64,000 nt of DNA from an uncultured bacterium (GTDB lineage Bacteria; Verrucomicrobiota; Kiritimatiellia; RFP12; UBA1067), in assembly GCA_900547945.1 (NCBI GenBank), contig URIT01000003.1:1406-65405 (forward strand), in the 5' to 3' direction. The translations under genes were made by a program, and so were the position numbers. Below the pieces are notes generated by a model. That model was not told the origin of the DNA. It ran no database searches and saw nothing but the letters and a program-made list of their open reading frames with translations. The number at the start of each line of letters is the position of its first letter. Within the stretch, counting starts at the first letter, position 1. Positions 61,730-64,000 of this stretch are shown here, piece by piece.

Positions 61730-64000
61730 CTACCGCAGCACGCGGACGGGGCCGAGGAGGCCGGACGGCTGGAGCGGGTCGTTCGGGCAATACCCCGAGT
61801 AGGGCGTCGGGTCGAGCTTCCAGGGGTTCTTCGGATCCCCCTGGCGCGGACGCGCCCAGCAGCGCACGTTGCTCCGCGTCAGGCGCGCCGCCTCGGGGCG
61901 GCCGCACTCGCCGATCAGGAGGTTGTGCCAGTTGTTCACGTAGCGGACCGCGATCTCGTTCTTCCCCGCACGGAACGCCTCCCGCACGGCGACCGTCCAG
62001 GGCGCGCACCACACGACGCCGCAGTCCACGCCGTTCACCGTGACGGCGGCCAGGCCGCTCGGCAGGGCGCCCAGGTCGAGCGCGGTGGCCTGTTCGGCCT
62101 CCTCCGCCGTCAGCTCCACCTGCGTGCGGTAGGTGGCGGACCCGGCGAAATGGCGCAGATCGGCGCGCGTCGTCCAGTCGGCCAGCGTCTCGAACGTCGC
62201 CGGGGCGGGCGGCGGCGCGGCGAGCCGGTGGTAGGCGAAGGAGACGTGCCAGGGCGCCGTGAGCGTCCTGAGCGGCACGGCGGGCGCCGCCTCGGGGCGC
62301 GTACCGGCGGAGGAGACGGGACGGAAGAGGACGAAGCGGGAGCCGCCCTTCGGAAGATCGAGCGCCACGTCCGTGCGGCCGTCGGCGCGCACCGTCGCCC
62401 GCGCCGCCGTGCGCGTGCCGTCCACGGCGTTCCACTCCTCCACCACGCGCCCGGCGACCGGCGCACGGAACGTCATCGTCCCCGCGCCCTCGCCGGTGAC
62501 GAAGTAGATGTCCGTCGCGCCCGCGCGGCGGTGGACCGTCTCGAACGGACCCGCGTAGTCCGGCGGCACGCGCGCCGCGACCTGCGCGGCCTCGGCGGCC
62601 GAATAGACGGGGAGGCCCGCCTTCCGCCAGCCCTCCACCTTCTTCACCACGGCGGGGTTCAGCGGCTCGTCCGGGAACTCGGGATCCCACACGAGCGCGC
62701 CGTAGGAGATGCCGGAGGGCAGCACGAGCTTCCCGTCCCGCAGGGCAAGGCGCTCCAGCACCGCCGCGTCGTTCACGAGGTCGTAGGTGTAGCCGGCGGG
62801 CAGCTTCGCCTTCGAGGCGTCATAGGGCTTCTCGCGGTAGAGGCCCCAGTGCTGGTAGGGGCGGTCGCCCGCGTAGACGGCGAAGTCCTCCACGGGCTGC
62901 CCCTGCTGGAGCAGCCACTGGCAGCGGCCGAGGTAGCCGACGAACGCCTCGGCCTCGCGGTGCCACGTCACGTTGCGGTTGATGTGCGAGCCGGCGAAGT
63001 ATTCCGCGCCGGGCACGCCGAAGGCGTCGGGCGAGCAGGTGAACGTGTGCCAGACGAGGTGGTTGACGCCCGCCGCGAAGGCGCGGTCGCCCGCGTACTT
63101 GAGGTGGGCGGGATCGACGGACCAGTGGCGGATCATGTGGGTGAACGCCTCGGCGGACGCGCGTGGGCGGCCGTAGAGGTGGGCGGCGGCGACGGCGGCG
63201 CGCACGTGGTAGCGCGCACGGTAGCCCTCGCCCTTCCCGTCGGGCCAGAACTCGCCCTGGGGGATGTCGTTCACGCCGAGGAAGGCGAGCTGGTCGGCCT
63301 CGCGGAAGACGGCGGGCGTGCGCTGCCAGGGTCCGCCCGACTCGGAGACGAGGCCCATGCCGTGGGCGTGGGCGAGGCGCGCGAGCGTGCCGTAGAAGTT
63401 CTCGCGGAACATGTCGTTGCGCGCGCGGCGGTAGGCGCGCAGGAAGGTCTCGTGCGCGGCGGCGTCCGCCTTGCGGAACCCGGCGAGGAGGGGCAGCTCG
63501 GGGCGCACGTCGAAGCCGGTGAAGCGGCGGAACTGGTTTTCGAAGTCGCCCGTCCAGGTGGGCATCGTGCCCTCCCAGCTGACGGAGTAGAGGTGCGTGA
63601 GCGTGCGGTCGGCACCCACGAGCCCGGGCAGCTGCGCGATGAGCGTGCCGTGGAAGCGGCCGAAGTGGCCCTCGATCGCGCGCGCGTCGAGAACGTCCAC
63701 GTCGTATTCGTGGTCCGGCAGCACGGCCCAGCCGAAGCGCACGAGGAGGCGCTTCGCGCCCGGCGTACCCGGCGCGGCAAGCGTGCGGGGCTCTGCCGCC
63801 GCCGCGCCGTCGAGGCGCTTGCCGCTCGTCGCCTCCATCGTGTAGACGCCGTCGCCGCCGTTGCGCCACACGCCGTCCGCGGGCAGGTCGTCGCCCGTGT
63901 AGAAGACCTCCTGCGCGTCGATGTCGTGGTAGAAGGCGAGGTCGGGCTTCTCGAACGCCGTCTGCGGCGTCCCGGCGGGATAGTAGCGGTAGACGAGGCG
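61730..64000 (-). CDS. Glycoside hydrolase (GH106-like / alpha-L-rhamnosidase-like), C-terminal ~756 aa; N-terminus lies beyond the right window edge
   Basis: The frame is open from the window edge (the codon at 64000 is in frame with the track start at 63871, which is GTG). Sequence FAGSHINRNVTWH...AVTVNGVDCGVVWCAPW...GLLGPVRVL is typical of this hydrolase family. Confidence 0.8.
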   Translation of the reverse strand, partial: RLVYRYYPAGTPQTAFEKPDLAFYHDIDAQEVFYTGDDLPADGVWRNGGDGVYTMEATSGKRLDGAAAAEPRTLAAPGTPGAKRLLVRFGWAVLPDHEYDVDVLDARAIEGHFGRFHGTLIAQLPGLVGADRTLTHLYSVSWEGTMPTWTGDFENQFRRFTGFDVRPELPLLAGFRKADAAAHETFLRAYRRARNDMFRENFYGTLARLAHAHGMGLVSESGGPWQRTPAVFREADQLAFLGVNDIPQGEFWPDGKGEGYRARYHVRAAVAAAHLYGRPRASAEAFTHMIRHWSVDPAHLKYAGDRAFAAGVNHLVWHTFTCSPDAFGVPGAEYFAGSHINRNVTWHREAEAFVGYLGRCQWLLQQGQPVEDFAVYAGDRPYQHWGLYREKPYDASKAKLPAGYTYDLVNDAAVLERLALRDGKLVLPSGISYGALVWDPEFPDEPLNPAVVKKVEGWRKAGLPVYSAAEAAQVAARVPPDYAGPFETVHRRAGATDIYFVTGEGAGTMTFRAPVAGRVVEEWNAVDGTRTAARATVRADGRTDVALDLPKGGSRFVLFRPVSSAGTRPEAAPAVPLRTLTAPWHVSFAYHRLAAPPPAPATFETLADWTTRADLRHFAGSATYRTQVELTAEEAEQATALDLGALPSGLAAVTVNGVDCGVVWCAPWTVAVREAFRAGKNEIAVRYVNNWHNLLIGECGRPEAARLTRSNVRCWARPRQGDPKNPWKLDPTPYSGYCPNDPLQPSGLLGPVRVLR

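Noticed and set aside
60015-62690. 891-aa minus-strand ORF spanning the araA-like and GH106-like genes.
   Set aside because: It has R/G/P-rich junk composition, and it is out of frame with two ORFs that have clear family signatures and proper signal peptides or SD sequences.

Overview
This is a high-GC bacterial chromosome segment. Spot counts give about 65-72% GC in the flanks and about 53-62% in parts of the centre. Coding is extremely strand-biased: I call 47 protein genes, 46 on the minus strand. I saw no rRNA, tRNA, CRISPR array, transposase or integrase.

The left flank (1-25.9 kb) is housekeeping plus carbohydrate metabolism:
- a large secreted PATR-repeat/lectin-like protein (partial)
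- a Nudix hydrolase, a dGTPase-like HD protein and an AAA-ATPase-like/PD-(D/E)XK protein
- carB
- a GldA/F/G-like ABC-2 transporter operon with a DUF4340 protein
- a DUF4832-type hydrolase and a GH27 alpha-galactosidase with an NPCBM module
- rsmI, a Gfo/Idh/MocA-like lipoprotein and a 1434-aa secreted beta-helix/glycosidase-like protein

The right flank (60.1-64 kb) holds an L-arabinose-isomerase-family protein and a GH106-like hydrolase (partial).

The centre (25,969-59,624) is one co-directional, tightly packed array of 31 genes with many 1-nt and 4-nt start/stop overlaps, built around a complete Tad/Flp pilus core:
- two Flp-type pilins and an A24 prepilin peptidase
- two TadE-like pseudopilins and one giant TadG-like pseudopilin
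- TadB, TadC, CpaF, CpaB and a secretin

This core has unusual additions:
- four FHA domains, one of them fused to CpaF
- a membrane Ser/Thr kinase and a membrane PP2C phosphatase
- a second, FHA-less CpaF-like ATPase translationally coupled to an Lgt-like transferase
- a radical SAM/SPASM enzyme coupled to a TPR/Ig-repeat surface protein
- a six-gene lipoprotein/periplasmic module (LpoB-like, YcfL-like, PEGA and others)
- several secreted proteins I cannot assign to any family

I found no TadZ/CpaE or TadD. I consider this signalling-gated, Tad-derived (Kil-like?) machine the main candidate for an undescribed system.

Other notable signals:
- a 14-copy 8-bp tandem repeat inside the ABC-2 operon
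- a recurring extended -10 motif TG(T)GCTATAMT, placed 7 nt from the ATG at two genes (likely leaderless mRNAs)
- a 37-codon stub of an AAA-ATPase-like gene fused in frame upstream of the big glycosidase-like gene
- a divergent RHH (MobC/CopG-like) gene whose direct-repeat operator overlaps the putative promoter of the 34-kb array

All family assignments come from reading motifs in the supplied translations. No database search was run.
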